Source: a virus (Duplodnaviria; Caudoviricetes). From it: 62,493 nt of DNA. The DNA lies in IMG/VR virus record IMGVR_UViG_3300044527_000635, positions 1 to 62,493 of that record; one strand, given 5' to 3'. The stretch's first letter is position 1, and every line of letters starts with the position of its first letter. Positions 28,147 through 37,420 of this stretch are shown in pieces. The notes beneath the pieces are model-generated. The model searched no databases, had not been told where the DNA came from, and worked only from the letters and a program-made list of their open reading frames with translations. A program made the position numbers and the translations under genes.

Positions 28147-28757
28147 TATTTAAGTTTTTCCTTTAGGTTTCTTAATATCTCGCTTAAGTAGTCTACAGTA
28201 ACGAAAGAACCTTTTCTGACTTTATAACTTGATTGAATACCTCCGCCAGATCGACTAGGCTCTGGACTTTTGAATCGGCCAGACAAGTAGTAACCAAGGC
28301 CAGAAATTCCTCTCTCAATACCCTTAACCCAGCTTCTACCATTTTCCCAAGGCAATGGAGTCTCCGCTTCTATTGCTTTAAGAGTTGGAGCTAAGACTTT
28401 GAAATTGAATTGTATTCCTGTTTCTATGTTTCTTACTGTAGGTTTTTGATTTAGATCGATTTCTTGTTCTAAAATTTGCCTTACTTCTTGAGTTGGGTTA
28501 GCGCCTTCTGCAAACCCAATAAATGAAAACAAATTTGCATCACTTTTCGTTCCGGGCAAAGTCTTTGAAATATTTGAAGCACCAACCCCCTCTTCTAACT
28601 CTTTAGTAACAGGGTGTTGATTAAACTCTCTAAGAGCTTGTTTTTTAATCCTTTCAAATTCCTTAAAGGCTCTTTGATAAGCTAAATTTTGAATGTCTTT
28701 ATTAAAGAGAAGTTTTTTGACTTCCCTATTTAAGATTGTCTTATTTATGGTTGCCAT
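28146..28757 (-). CDS. Neck/tail completion protein
   Basis: Basic 203-aa protein in the neck cluster, TAATG-coupled on both sides. Confidence 0.45.
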   Translation of the reverse strand: MATINKTILNREVKKLLFNKDIQNLAYQRAFKEFERIKKQALREFNQHPVTKELEEGVGASNISKTLPGTKSDANLFSFIGFAEGANPTQEVRQILEQEIDLNQKPTVRNIETGIQFNFKVLAPTLKAIEAETPLPWENGRSWVKGIERGISGLGYYLSGRFKSPEPSRSGGGIQSSYKVRKGSFVTVDYLSEILRNLKEKLK

Positions 28758-29197
28758 TATGTAGACTCTTTCACCATGTATTCATAATAAGGTTCATCAA
28801 TAAATCTTTTAACAACAAAACCATATTGGACATTCCAAGATTTGCCATCAAAAGTTATCTTTTCAGTGCTTCCATTTTCAATGTAATCTTTAGTCTCTGT
28901 CTTCACTCGGATTCTTGCAATTGCTTTTGGGTTTTTAATCTCTGAACCTAAACCAATAAGATCTTCTTCTGGATTGCCATAGAAGATTCTTGCTTTGTAA
29001 GTACCATATACAGGAGTATAAGTTACGCTTTCTGCCAATTCGTCGCCGGGGTATCCAAAAGCTGGGGTTTCATTTATGGAAGTAATGTTTTTAATGGGCT
29101 CTTTATAAATTACAATATCTTCAGAGAATGTATCAAAAAGATCATTAAAATTTGATCCAAAGCTAGCTCTTTGTTCGTTTGTTAATAAAGATGCCAT
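28757..29197 (-). CDS. Head closure/stopper-like protein
   Basis: 146 aa, beta-rich, with 'KITFDGKSWNV'; follows the adaptor-like gene. Confidence 0.5.
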   Translation of the reverse strand: MASLLTNEQRASFGSNFNDLFDTFSEDIVIYKEPIKNITSINETPAFGYPGDELAESVTYTPVYGTYKARIFYGNPEEDLIGLGSEIKNPKAIARIRVKTETKDYIENGSTEKITFDGKSWNVQYGFVVKRFIDEPYYEYMVKEST

Positions 29198-29199
29198 AA

Positions 29200-29694
29200 T
29201 TAAACTCTATTGAATGGACGAGGTGTATAATATTTATCAGTGATAAAGGAACCAACGACAGTATCGTCGCCAGCAATTTGAAGAGGGCCAACATCATTAA
29301 TGTTATAATCACTAACCATCATAGTCAATTCAGTCAAGGCAGTCTTCTTTGCATCTAAGTATATTTTACTTGTTTCGTTTCGGTTGATTCTGCGGACAGT
29401 CCCGCCGCCATCTGTTACTTCTAGGACAGAATCGTTATTTATTGAATTTAGAGTTTGTTTGACTTTTAAATCATAGAAGTAGCATTCATAAATTTTCTTA
29501 TAAACAGACTTCTCTGCTTCGCCAAGGTTTGGGTCAAGCTCTAAAGTGGCGTCATTAATAACGATATCTTTATTTAATTTATTATTAAGGATACCAATAT
29601 TGTTTCGAAGCCAGTAGCTAATAGCTGGTACTGAAAGGTCAGTTGGCTGACCTAATTCGAAATAAAGTTCTTGAGCCATGTCTACGATTTTCAT
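29200..29694 (-). CDS. Head-tail adaptor-like protein
   Basis: 164 aa, helical with a 'VLEVTDGGGTVRRINR' hairpin; first gene of the neck cluster. Confidence 0.5.
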   Translation of the reverse strand: MKIVDMAQELYFELGQPTDLSVPAISYWLRNNIGILNNKLNKDIVINDATLELDPNLGEAEKSVYKKIYECYFYDLKVKQTLNSINNDSVLEVTDGGGTVRRINRNETSKIYLDAKKTALTELTMMVSDYNINDVGPLQIAGDDTVVGSFITDKYYTPRPFNRV

Positions 29695-29695
29695 A

Positions 29696-30076
29696 TTAGT
29701 ATGTTATTTCTGGGTTAATGATGAAATATCCACCTTCAATAGTACGAGCATAATCTGCTCCTGAAAATACTTGGACATCAAACAATAGATAACTAGAGGG
29801 TAAAGCTGCCATTCCAGTCCTGCCTACATCGATGTCTACATATCCACTACTATATAAGGAACCATTTGTTCCTGAGATTATTTGTGGATTTAAATTTAAT
29901 AAGATACCAGAGCTAGGCACATAAACGTTATCATTTGTATATCCCGCGCCATAACTAGCTCTTACATATCCAGAGGCCGTGAAACCTGATAAATTCATTA
30001 TATTATTATCAGAATCACGGGCTACAAGTCTCTTGTAAAAAGAGTTTCCTTGCGTACCTGTTAAATTCATACACAT
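29696..30076 (-). CDS. BppU-N-like fibre attachment protein
   Basis: 'QGNSF...MNLSGFTASGYVRASY...LFDVQV...TIEGGYFIINPEIT' pattern. The true start may be the ATG at 30070. Confidence 0.55.
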   Translation of the reverse strand: MCMNLTGTQGNSFYKRLVARDSDNNIMNLSGFTASGYVRASYGAGYTNDNVYVPSSGILLNLNPQIISGTNGSLYSSGYVDIDVGRTGMAALPSSYLLFDVQVFSGADYARTIEGGYFIINPEITY

Positions 30077-30084
30077 TATTACAC
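30074..30084 (-). promoter_or_regulatory. GTGTAA promoter-like motif fused to the terminator T-tract
   Basis: GGGGCTTTTTTT-GTGTAATAATGTGTATG. Confidence 0.55.
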
Positions 30085-30107
30085 AAAAAAAGCCCCTTTC
30101 GGGGCTT
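30085..30107 (-). terminator. Intrinsic terminator
   Basis: AAGCCCC-GAAA-GGGGCTT followed by TTTTT. Confidence 0.9.
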
Positions 30108-30127
30108 GAGAAGAGATATTTTAAAAA

Positions 30128-30955
30128 TTATGGCATAATTCCAGTAGGCATTGGCTCAGGAGGAAGTGGAGGAGTAGGCTCAGTAACGGTTACAATGGCG
30201 AAATCACTTTGAACAGATCCAGCGGCATTGCTAGCAGCTACGAAATAGCTTCCAGAATCAGAGAACTTGACATCCGCAATCATCAAAGAGCTTCCGCTTG
30301 CTCCAATAATAGTCTCATTATCTTTACTCCATTGGAGAGTTAATGGCTGATCGCCCATAACTCCTACATTTAAAACACCAAATCCGCTAACGGTCAAATT
30401 AAGATTTTGTGGTTGAGATGTAATGGTTGGAGCTTGAAAGAAATTTAATGATGCATAAGAACTGATAATAGAACTCACTGGATTATTAATTTGTACATTG
30501 TAAGAGCCTAGATCGCCAGTCCCGGCTGAATTAATGGAATAAACTGGAGAGGTAGCTCCTTCGATAGCGGTTCCATTTTTACCCCATTGATAATTCAATG
30601 GAGAATCGCCACTTGCGACTACGGAGAATTGAGCAGGTTGCCCATCTATAACTTTTTGATCTACTGGTTGGGTAGTAATAAATGGAGCAATAGCTTCAGT
30701 ATAGCCTAAATTATCTAGCACTACTTTCTTTACATAATTATAGTCAGCTTCGGCAGTTTGCTCAGAGGGCCAATCCTGCCAATCATCGCCGTACATGCAA
30801 GTATAAGTCCTATCTAGGCTTAAATCTTGTGGGTTTTTAAGGACTACTGAAAATTTAATCCCATTATGTGGATCAAAGTCATTAAAGTCTACGTCCAATC
30901 TGGTGACATTCGCGCCAGATGGTTTTGGGTAAACGGGGATAAATATTGTATTCAT
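30128..30955 (-). CDS. Virion protein with two immunoglobulin (I-set-like) domains
   Basis: 'PFITTQP..Q....G..AQFSVVASGDSPLNYQW.KNG..I.GAT......DLGSYNV.I.N' occurs twice; Pro-rich tail. Confidence 0.85.
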   Translation of the reverse strand: MNTIFIPVYPKPSGANVTRLDVDFNDFDPHNGIKFSVVLKNPQDLSLDRTYTCMYGDDWQDWPSEQTAEADYNYVKKVVLDNLGYTEAIAPFITTQPVDQKVIDGQPAQFSVVASGDSPLNYQWGKNGTAIEGATSPVYSINSAGTGDLGSYNVQINNPVSSIISSYASLNFFQAPTITSQPQNLNLTVSGFGVLNVGVMGDQPLTLQWSKDNETIIGASGSSLMIADVKFSDSGSYFVAASNAAGSVQSDFAIVTVTEPTPPLPPEPMPTGIMP

Positions 30956-30989
30956 TTTCTTATTTTAATTGAAATTTAAGTTATTCTAA

Positions 30990-31001
30990 TGTTTTTTACA
31001 C
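30990..31001 (-). promoter_or_regulatory. GTGTAA promoter-like motif
   Basis: GTGTAAAAAACA immediately after the stop of 31003..33093. Confidence 0.4.
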
Positions 31002-31002
31002 T

Positions 31003-33093
31003 TTATAATCCGAATCTTCCTTTTGTAGCATTGTAATTTTGTAATACTTGAGCGGCAGATAATGCAATATTATAAACTCTTGTTTCTCCTATTCTTCCGT
31101 TGAATGGATAATTATTTCCCGCATTGCCATATTTTCCAATATATTGATTTGTTTGGCCTGTATTTAATGTTCCAGAAGCGTTCACACTCGCAACTTGAAC
31201 ACCATTAACATATATAATTTTTATACTTCCATTGTAAGTACAAATAACATGATTCCATACATTCGCAGTCAAATAAGTAGAAGAAGCGAAAGTCAAATCT
31301 TGATTATTTATTGTTCCGCCAAATGTTCTAAAATAAAATGCAGTAAGACTAAGAAACATGCTATATTGACTATTTACTGCTCCTTTTTCAAAAAGAAATC
31401 CTTCTTGACTTAAAGGACTAGGATAAAACCAACATTCCATTGTTATTGTTTGAGAATCATAAGCTGCGGAAGTAGATGATTCTAACCAACTATTACTACC
31501 ATTATAACTAAAATATTTTGGATCACTTGAATTATATGTTGCATTATTAATTGTCCAAGATAAAGCGGTTGGACTTACATCATAAAATGTTGTTCCAGCG
31601 CCGCCATAACTATATGGATTACCAGCATCAAGATTTAATACTAATCCTTGTTGTACAATTGTATTTGCAAATTTTGACTTTTGAGCTTCGTAATTTTGAG
31701 ATATTTCTGTTGCACTTAATGCTCTGCTATATATTAAAGTAGACCCCACATTAATTGGCGCATATCTTCCAGAAACAATATCATCTCTAGCAATTATTAA
31801 ATCTCCAAGCGTAGAACCTGAATACGATATCGGCGAAGTATTTGCATTTGTATTTGCTAATACTCCGTCTTTATAAATTCTTACATTAGAACCATCAAAA
31901 GTACCTACTAAATTAGTCCAAGTATTCAATGGCATTGTAGTAGTAGCGTCTACAACCGCAGCTAAACTGTTTCTTATTCTAAACCAAACTGTGTCTGTAT
32001 TATTTGTAGCCATTAATGCGTACGCATCTCTATCATTTCTTCTTAAAAAGTTGCATATGCTTGATTGATAAGCATTTCTTTTAAGCCACATTGAGACAGT
32101 AACGGTTGTAGGATTTAATACAAAATAATCTGCGACTGTCAAATAATCAGAAGAACCATCAAACTTAATCGCTCCTTTATTATAAACATCAAATAACGGC
32201 ATATCTGCCACCACTTGACTACCTACTGCCCCACCAAATGATCCATGATTATTATTGTTACTCAAATCAATTATACTTCTATCAGTATTAGATATACCCC
32301 ATTTTTGTCCAAGATATGTGTTTACTTGTTTTCTTTCTGTGACTGATAACCCACGATTAAAAATAATGACTTCACACTGAATGCCATTAAAATATCTACT
32401 AAAAGTGTCTGTATTTGATCCCCAAGAACCTATTAACCAACCTTTTGTATCTTCTGTCCATGTAGAACTTGGAGATGGTACAGGAGTTACAGAAGTACCA
32501 TTATATCCACCAGTTATAGTAGTAGAATCTTTAGTTATCCAATAACAATATGTTGTATTATTAGAGTATGCGGTTGACCCAATATTACCCGCAGGAGTAA
32601 ATCCTGTGTCTTGAAATCCCCAATAATATTGATCGGCAGTTCCATTTCTTTCTATTGAAAAACCAGCATATTGAGCATTTGCTCCTCCGTGATAATTATC
32701 TAAAATTTGTGAATACGCATTGGTTTCTCCGGCAGTTCTCCAAACTACAAAAACAGAACCTCCAGTTCTATTATTAATTATTGTGCTATTGTATCTTAAA
32801 TATTGACCAGACACAGCAGTAAATTGAATTGCTTTTCTACTATTTACAACTGCGCTTCTTGATGGTTGATTATTAACAGTGGCTTGAAAAAAATGCCTAT
32901 TATTTCCACTTTTATCTCTCCATTGGCTGACACTCGTTCCTGAACTATAACTAAAAGTTGTATCATCAGCAGCATCTAACCACAATGCCAATCCATTTTT
33001 TACAGGCAAATCAGTTGGATATGATTTATTATTTGATGCATCTAAACACATCACTAAAGAATCCGTAATAATTTTGGGGCTATACTGAAGCAC
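31003..33093 (-). CDS. LamG/ConA-like lectin protein, three domains (one nested)
   Basis: 'LVMCLDASN.KSYP', 'GLALWLDAAD', 'WTNLVGTFDG', 'WNHVICTYNG', 'YNIALSAAQVLQNYNATKGRFGL'; GTG start. Confidence 0.85.
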   Translation of the reverse strand: MLQYSPKIITDSLVMCLDASNNKSYPTDLPVKNGLALWLDAADDTTFSYSSGTSVSQWRDKSGNNRHFFQATVNNQPSRSAVVNSRKAIQFTAVSGQYLRYNSTIINNRTGGSVFVVWRTAGETNAYSQILDNYHGGANAQYAGFSIERNGTADQYYWGFQDTGFTPAGNIGSTAYSNNTTYCYWITKDSTTITGGYNGTSVTPVPSPSSTWTEDTKGWLIGSWGSNTDTFSRYFNGIQCEVIIFNRGLSVTERKQVNTYLGQKWGISNTDRSIIDLSNNNNHGSFGGAVGSQVVADMPLFDVYNKGAIKFDGSSDYLTVADYFVLNPTTVTVSMWLKRNAYQSSICNFLRRNDRDAYALMATNNTDTVWFRIRNSLAAVVDATTTMPLNTWTNLVGTFDGSNVRIYKDGVLANTNANTSPISYSGSTLGDLIIARDDIVSGRYAPINVGSTLIYSRALSATEISQNYEAQKSKFANTIVQQGLVLNLDAGNPYSYGGAGTTFYDVSPTALSWTINNATYNSSDPKYFSYNGSNSWLESSTSAAYDSQTITMECWFYPSPLSQEGFLFEKGAVNSQYSMFLSLTAFYFRTFGGTINNQDLTFASSTYLTANVWNHVICTYNGSIKIIYVNGVQVASVNASGTLNTGQTNQYIGKYGNAGNNYPFNGRIGETRVYNIALSAAQVLQNYNATKGRFGL

Positions 33094-33886
33094 TTTGTTC
33101 CTTTATATTGTTAAGATAAATGTTAAAATTTTCTTTGGTTGCGTCTTTTAGTTTGACTAGTTTATGATACTGCTTATGACAAGGATTGCATAATGTTATT
33201 AAATTATTGACTTCAAATCTATCGCCTGAAAAATGTTTCCATGAATTTAAATGATGAGCATGTATATTTTTATTAGAATCGCAAATAACACATTGGAATC
33301 TATCTCTTTCGAAACAAGACCTAGAGAGTCCTTTAAGGATGAATTTTTGATTTTTTCTTAATTTTCTTTCTTCTTCTGTTAAATTGTGATTCCAAGCATG
33401 ATGTTTCGGACCAACTCTTTCTTTCGATGATCTTCTAACGCCTTCAATTTTTCTTTCTCTTTGCAAGCATTTGCATGATCCTACATTTCCATTTTTTAAA
33501 TCTTTAGAAATAACATGATGTTTGTTTCCGCAATCACATTGGCACAACCAATACCATCTATCATTTTTTCTATAAGATTTTTCTAAAACAATTAGTCTAT
33601 TAAATCTTTGACCAATAATTGATTTATCGACTCTCTCTTCTCCTGAAATTCCTAATTTGCATTTATGACAATAACAATCATTCGACCTATTAAAAGCAGA
33701 ATAAGGAGTTTCTTTTATCACTCCACATTTATCACATTGATATTGGATTCTAGAAGCGCTATTTTTCTTTAACATTTCTACAGGCAAATTTATTTTGTCG
33801 CCGACGTTACAAACAACTCCTTTGGATCTATAATAATTTACAGTTCCACCTACAATTAAAATTGGTAATGTTTTTGTAATTAACAT
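33080..33886 (-). mobile_element. Free-standing HNH homing endonuclease gene
   Basis: Zn ribbons 'CDKCG...CHKC', the module 'IIGQRFNRLIV...WLCQCDCGN...SCKC', and C-terminal 'RDRFQCVIC...HAHHL...NNLITLCNPCHKQYH'. A non-structural gene inside a structural cluster. Confidence 0.88.
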
Positions 33887-33889
33887 ATA

Positions 33890-35374
33890 TTATAATCCGA
33901 ATCTTGTTTTTACTGCTTGATAATTTTGCATTATTTCTGCGGCTGATAAAACTCTATTATATACTAAAGTTTGTGCTATACGTCCTGCAAAATATTGGGC
34001 ATTTACAGCATTACCTATAGTTGTATATAAATTTGAAATATTAAATGAAAATCCAGTTGCCGTTCCGTCTGCAATTCCATTTGTATACGAAGTTAATGTA
34101 GTTCCATCCCAAGTCCAAAAAGTATACCCCCAATTAGAAGGTAAAATTGCAGTTCCAGATGTCAATCTATCAAGCCCCCAAGTACCAACTCTTACTTTAT
34201 TATTCGCTGAGTCCCAATACGAAACCATTCCTAGTCCAGTAGAATTATTTCCAAAAAATACAGGTGTTCCTGTTGCTGTGGGATAAATCCAAGCACCCCA
34301 TGAAAAAGATTGATTTCCAGTTATTAACGAACTGACACTGACATATTGAGAACTTCCGTTAAATACAATGCTTCCGCCGTTTGCACTGTTAAATGTCGCT
34401 CCATTAATAGTTCCATTATTTCTATTTCCGCTTAAATCTACAAAAAATGTGCCTGTAACAAAAGTTCCGCTGCTAGTAAATGTATGGACTGTTTCAGTGC
34501 CTACCGTAGTGATTGTTCCACCAGTTGCTTTTTGTGGTCCTTTATAACGAATTATCACTATACCTGAACCTCCTGATCCACCGCCTTGTGCATTAAATAA
34601 ATAACCACCTCCACCTCCACCAGTATTTGCTGATCCACTTGTTGAATATCTCAGTGGAGAATTATGTGGAGATGGTGATACTCCTCCAGTGCCTCCACCT
34701 CCAATACCACCAAGTCCATATGTTAAAATATTAGTAAGATTAGTGCCGCCACCACCACCGCCATAATATTGCGACGTTCCAGAAATGGAAAATGGTAAAC
34801 CGGGTCCACCAAAACCACCATTCACTATTCCTCCAGTACCGCCTACGCCACCAGCACCTCCTCCTCCAGCAGTTCCATAGTAAACAGCCAAAGCGGGACC
34901 TGACTCAGCACTTACATCACCACCATTAAAACCTTGAGCAGCAGTACCAGAACCGCCTGTGATTGACGAACTATTACCATCACATCCACCTCCTCCAGAT
35001 CCTCCATTATTTCTTGCTTGTGTGGCGTTTCCTTGAGATTTACCGGCTCCACCACCAACAGCAGTTAAAACAGTACTAGCGCCAGAAAATATTGAATTTT
35101 CACCCGGATCTCCAGTATTTGAAGTAGAGTTAGCACCTGCACCTCCCTGACCAACAGTTACAGTGTAAGTCGTATTGCGAACGATAGTATAATTTGATGT
35201 ATATAAAACTCCTCCACCGCCGCCGCCGCCGCCATGATAACCACCACCAGCACCCCCACCAGCGACAACTAATACTTCAGCTTTAATTGGACCATACGAA
35301 TTTGCACTCGATGCATCCAAATCTAATATTAATCCACTCTTAACTATTTTTGGTCCGCCAGTTACTGTACTCAT
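33890..35374 (-). CDS. LamG-like lectin with inserted glycine-rich domain
   Basis: 'PKIVKSGLILDLDAS..SY', then 'EVLVVAGGGAGG...GGSGIVIIRY...HTFTSSG', then 'VDLSGNRNNG...YNRVLSAAEIMQNYQAVKTRFGL'. Confidence 0.85.
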   Translation of the reverse strand: MSTVTGGPKIVKSGLILDLDASSANSYGPIKAEVLVVAGGGAGGGYHGGGGGGGGVLYTSNYTIVRNTTYTVTVGQGGAGANSTSNTGDPGENSIFSGASTVLTAVGGGAGKSQGNATQARNNGGSGGGGCDGNSSSITGGSGTAAQGFNGGDVSAESGPALAVYYGTAGGGGAGGVGGTGGIVNGGFGGPGLPFSISGTSQYYGGGGGGTNLTNILTYGLGGIGGGGTGGVSPSPHNSPLRYSTSGSANTGGGGGGYLFNAQGGGSGGSGIVIIRYKGPQKATGGTITTVGTETVHTFTSSGTFVTGTFFVDLSGNRNNGTINGATFNSANGGSIVFNGSSQYVSVSSLITGNQSFSWGAWIYPTATGTPVFFGNNSTGLGMVSYWDSANNKVRVGTWGLDRLTSGTAILPSNWGYTFWTWDGTTLTSYTNGIADGTATGFSFNISNLYTTIGNAVNAQYFAGRIAQTLVYNRVLSAAEIMQNYQAVKTRFGL

Positions 35375-35377
35375 ATT

Positions 35378-37120
35378 TTATATTCCATAAGTTTTACGGG
35401 TTGCATTGAAATTTTGCAATACTTCTGCGGCAGTTAATGCTTTTTGATAATATAATATTTGAGCAATATCTCCGTTCCATAAATCCGCAGTTGTTTTATT
35501 ACATCCTATATATAATGGTGGACTGCCAGATGATGGATAATGATTACCGACAGGTAGAGAACTAAGAGTAGAGTAAAGAATACCATTTATATATATTGTA
35601 GCAGTATTAGATACGCTTTTATCAACCACAACTGCAAAATGTCTCCATACATTATCAGATATAGCCGGTCCTTGAACTTGACTTGCAGTAGTAGAATCTC
35701 CATATATCATAAATCTAAACGCATTGGCTGTAGTCAATCCATTTCTTAATCTGCTAATATTCCAACCATTAGCAGTTGCATATACGTCTGAATTTCTAGA
35801 TACTATTGTATCATGAGTATCATCATTTGTTGATGTTCTACAATATCCTGCTATTGTAAAATCATTTCTATCTAAATTAGAAGAATATGGAACAGTAATA
35901 TATTGAGATCCACTAAATACATATCCAGCAGAGTTAAACGTCGCATTTGTCAAATCAGCATTAACATTATTTCCACTTATATCCAACAAACCACCACCGC
36001 TTGCGAGAGTATTAGCTGTGGATGTATTTGATGCGTATTTTGTAGGATATGTTCCGGTTTGAATTTGAGGTTCTTTTAAATCATATGAATGAGTGTACCC
36101 TGTATAATCATCTCCATCTTGAATAAACCAAAGCACTTTGGCAGTTGACGCTGGCGAGGTAACTGTGAACCAAGCTAATTGCCATTCATCTATATTATAA
36201 ATATGAATTTGAAGTGTTGTTGGAAAACTAACTGACCCTACTACAACATTTGATGAATTATAAAATTGAATTTGAAATCTTAAAGTTGGAGTGCCAGATA
36301 CTTTTCTATATTTAACAGAAAATGTATAGGTTGTTGACGCTGAAAATCCACTAACATATCCAGTATTAAAACGAGTATTGCTATTAACGTCTACTATTCT
36401 TATAGCAGAATTATTTTCTATATACGAATATGATCCTATAGTTCCTTGGCCGCTGCTGTCAACACTCCAATTTGTTGGTAATGAAGAATATGTTGTTGTT
36501 AGTAAATTAGTTATTGTTTCATTTCTGGAAAAATAATCTGTAGCTAAATTACTATATTGAGTCATGTAGGCTTTTTTCTCAAACTGAGCGCCCCAAACTA
36601 AAATAGAAGTTGAATGCGGATGAGCATCGCTAAAAGTTACTCCAAATTGTATTTGATTAACTCCTGATGCCGGTATTGTTACAGATACCGATACTCTCCT
36701 CCAACTAGTTATTGTAGACCTAGATACAGCTAATACATTAGTTGTATAATTAACCAACGTTCCATTTAATCCAGTGGCTATTCTAATTTGAGGATCTACT
36801 GATAAATTTATATTTTTTAACCAAATACTTGCCGTGTAAGTAGTACTTGCAGCAACTGTAATGCTATCTGTCCATCTTGAATATCCACCTGTTAATTTTA
36901 TCGCAGTCATGGTCCCATCAGGAGCCATGTCAACATTTAACGCAACAGTAGCATTTACCCAATTATTAAATAAATTCCCATCCCATCCCCCAGTTGAAGC
37001 AACTGTATTTGTTATTAAATTTGTGGTAGCTTCACCTCTAAAGCTTTTAGAAAATTCACGGTTATAATATAACTGTAAATCTTTCTTTACTATTCCTCGG
37101 TTGGCATGTTGGACAGACAT
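35378..37120 (-). CDS. LamG-like lectin with two inserted CBM-like jelly-roll domains
   Basis: Two 'TNL...STTYT(A/F)S.....W.......' modules ending 'WGAQFE' and 'EPQIQ.G', then 'LDISGN...WRHFAVV...YQKALTAAEVLQNFNATRKTYGI'. Confidence 0.8.
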   Translation of the reverse strand: MSVQHANRGIVKKDLQLYYNREFSKSFRGEATTNLITNTVASTGGWDGNLFNNWVNATVALNVDMAPDGTMTAIKLTGGYSRWTDSITVAASTTYTASIWLKNINLSVDPQIRIATGLNGTLVNYTTNVLAVSRSTITSWRRVSVSVTIPASGVNQIQFGVTFSDAHPHSTSILVWGAQFEKKAYMTQYSNLATDYFSRNETITNLLTTTYSSLPTNWSVDSSGQGTIGSYSYIENNSAIRIVDVNSNTRFNTGYVSGFSASTTYTFSVKYRKVSGTPTLRFQIQFYNSSNVVVGSVSFPTTLQIHIYNIDEWQLAWFTVTSPASTAKVLWFIQDGDDYTGYTHSYDLKEPQIQTGTYPTKYASNTSTANTLASGGGLLDISGNNVNADLTNATFNSAGYVFSGSQYITVPYSSNLDRNDFTIAGYCRTSTNDDTHDTIVSRNSDVYATANGWNISRLRNGLTTANAFRFMIYGDSTTASQVQGPAISDNVWRHFAVVVDKSVSNTATIYINGILYSTLSSLPVGNHYPSSGSPPLYIGCNKTTADLWNGDIAQILYYQKALTAAEVLQNFNATRKTYGI

Positions 37121-37137
37121 ACTTTATTATTGTAATT

Positions 37138-37413
37138 TTAATTTGAAGGTAAGAATACTTTTCCTATCACTGAGTCTCTTTTACTCAATAGTTTTTGCTT
37201 TAGAGCTTCGATTGCATCTTTAACTCTTTCATAAGCCATCTGGCATACTTCTTCTTCGTCTTTACCAGCAGAATCAACTAAAGGAATAGTCTCTTCTACG
37301 TTTAAAGACCTGTTATTAGTAATGTCTGTGATCATGAACCCAATGATTATTCTATTTGGGTCATTGCTAGGACATAACTCGTATTTGTATATTTTGTATT
37401 CTATTTCTTCCAT
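37138..37413 (-). CDS. Small fibre-associated hypothetical protein
   Basis: 91-aa acidic ORF directly downstream of a giant fibre gene. Confidence 0.6.
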   Translation of the reverse strand: MEEIEYKIYKYELCPSNDPNRIIIGFMITDITNNRSLNVEETIPLVDSAGKDEEEVCQMAYERVKDAIEALKQKLLSKRDSVIGKVFLPSN

Positions 37414-37420
37414 AAATTTA

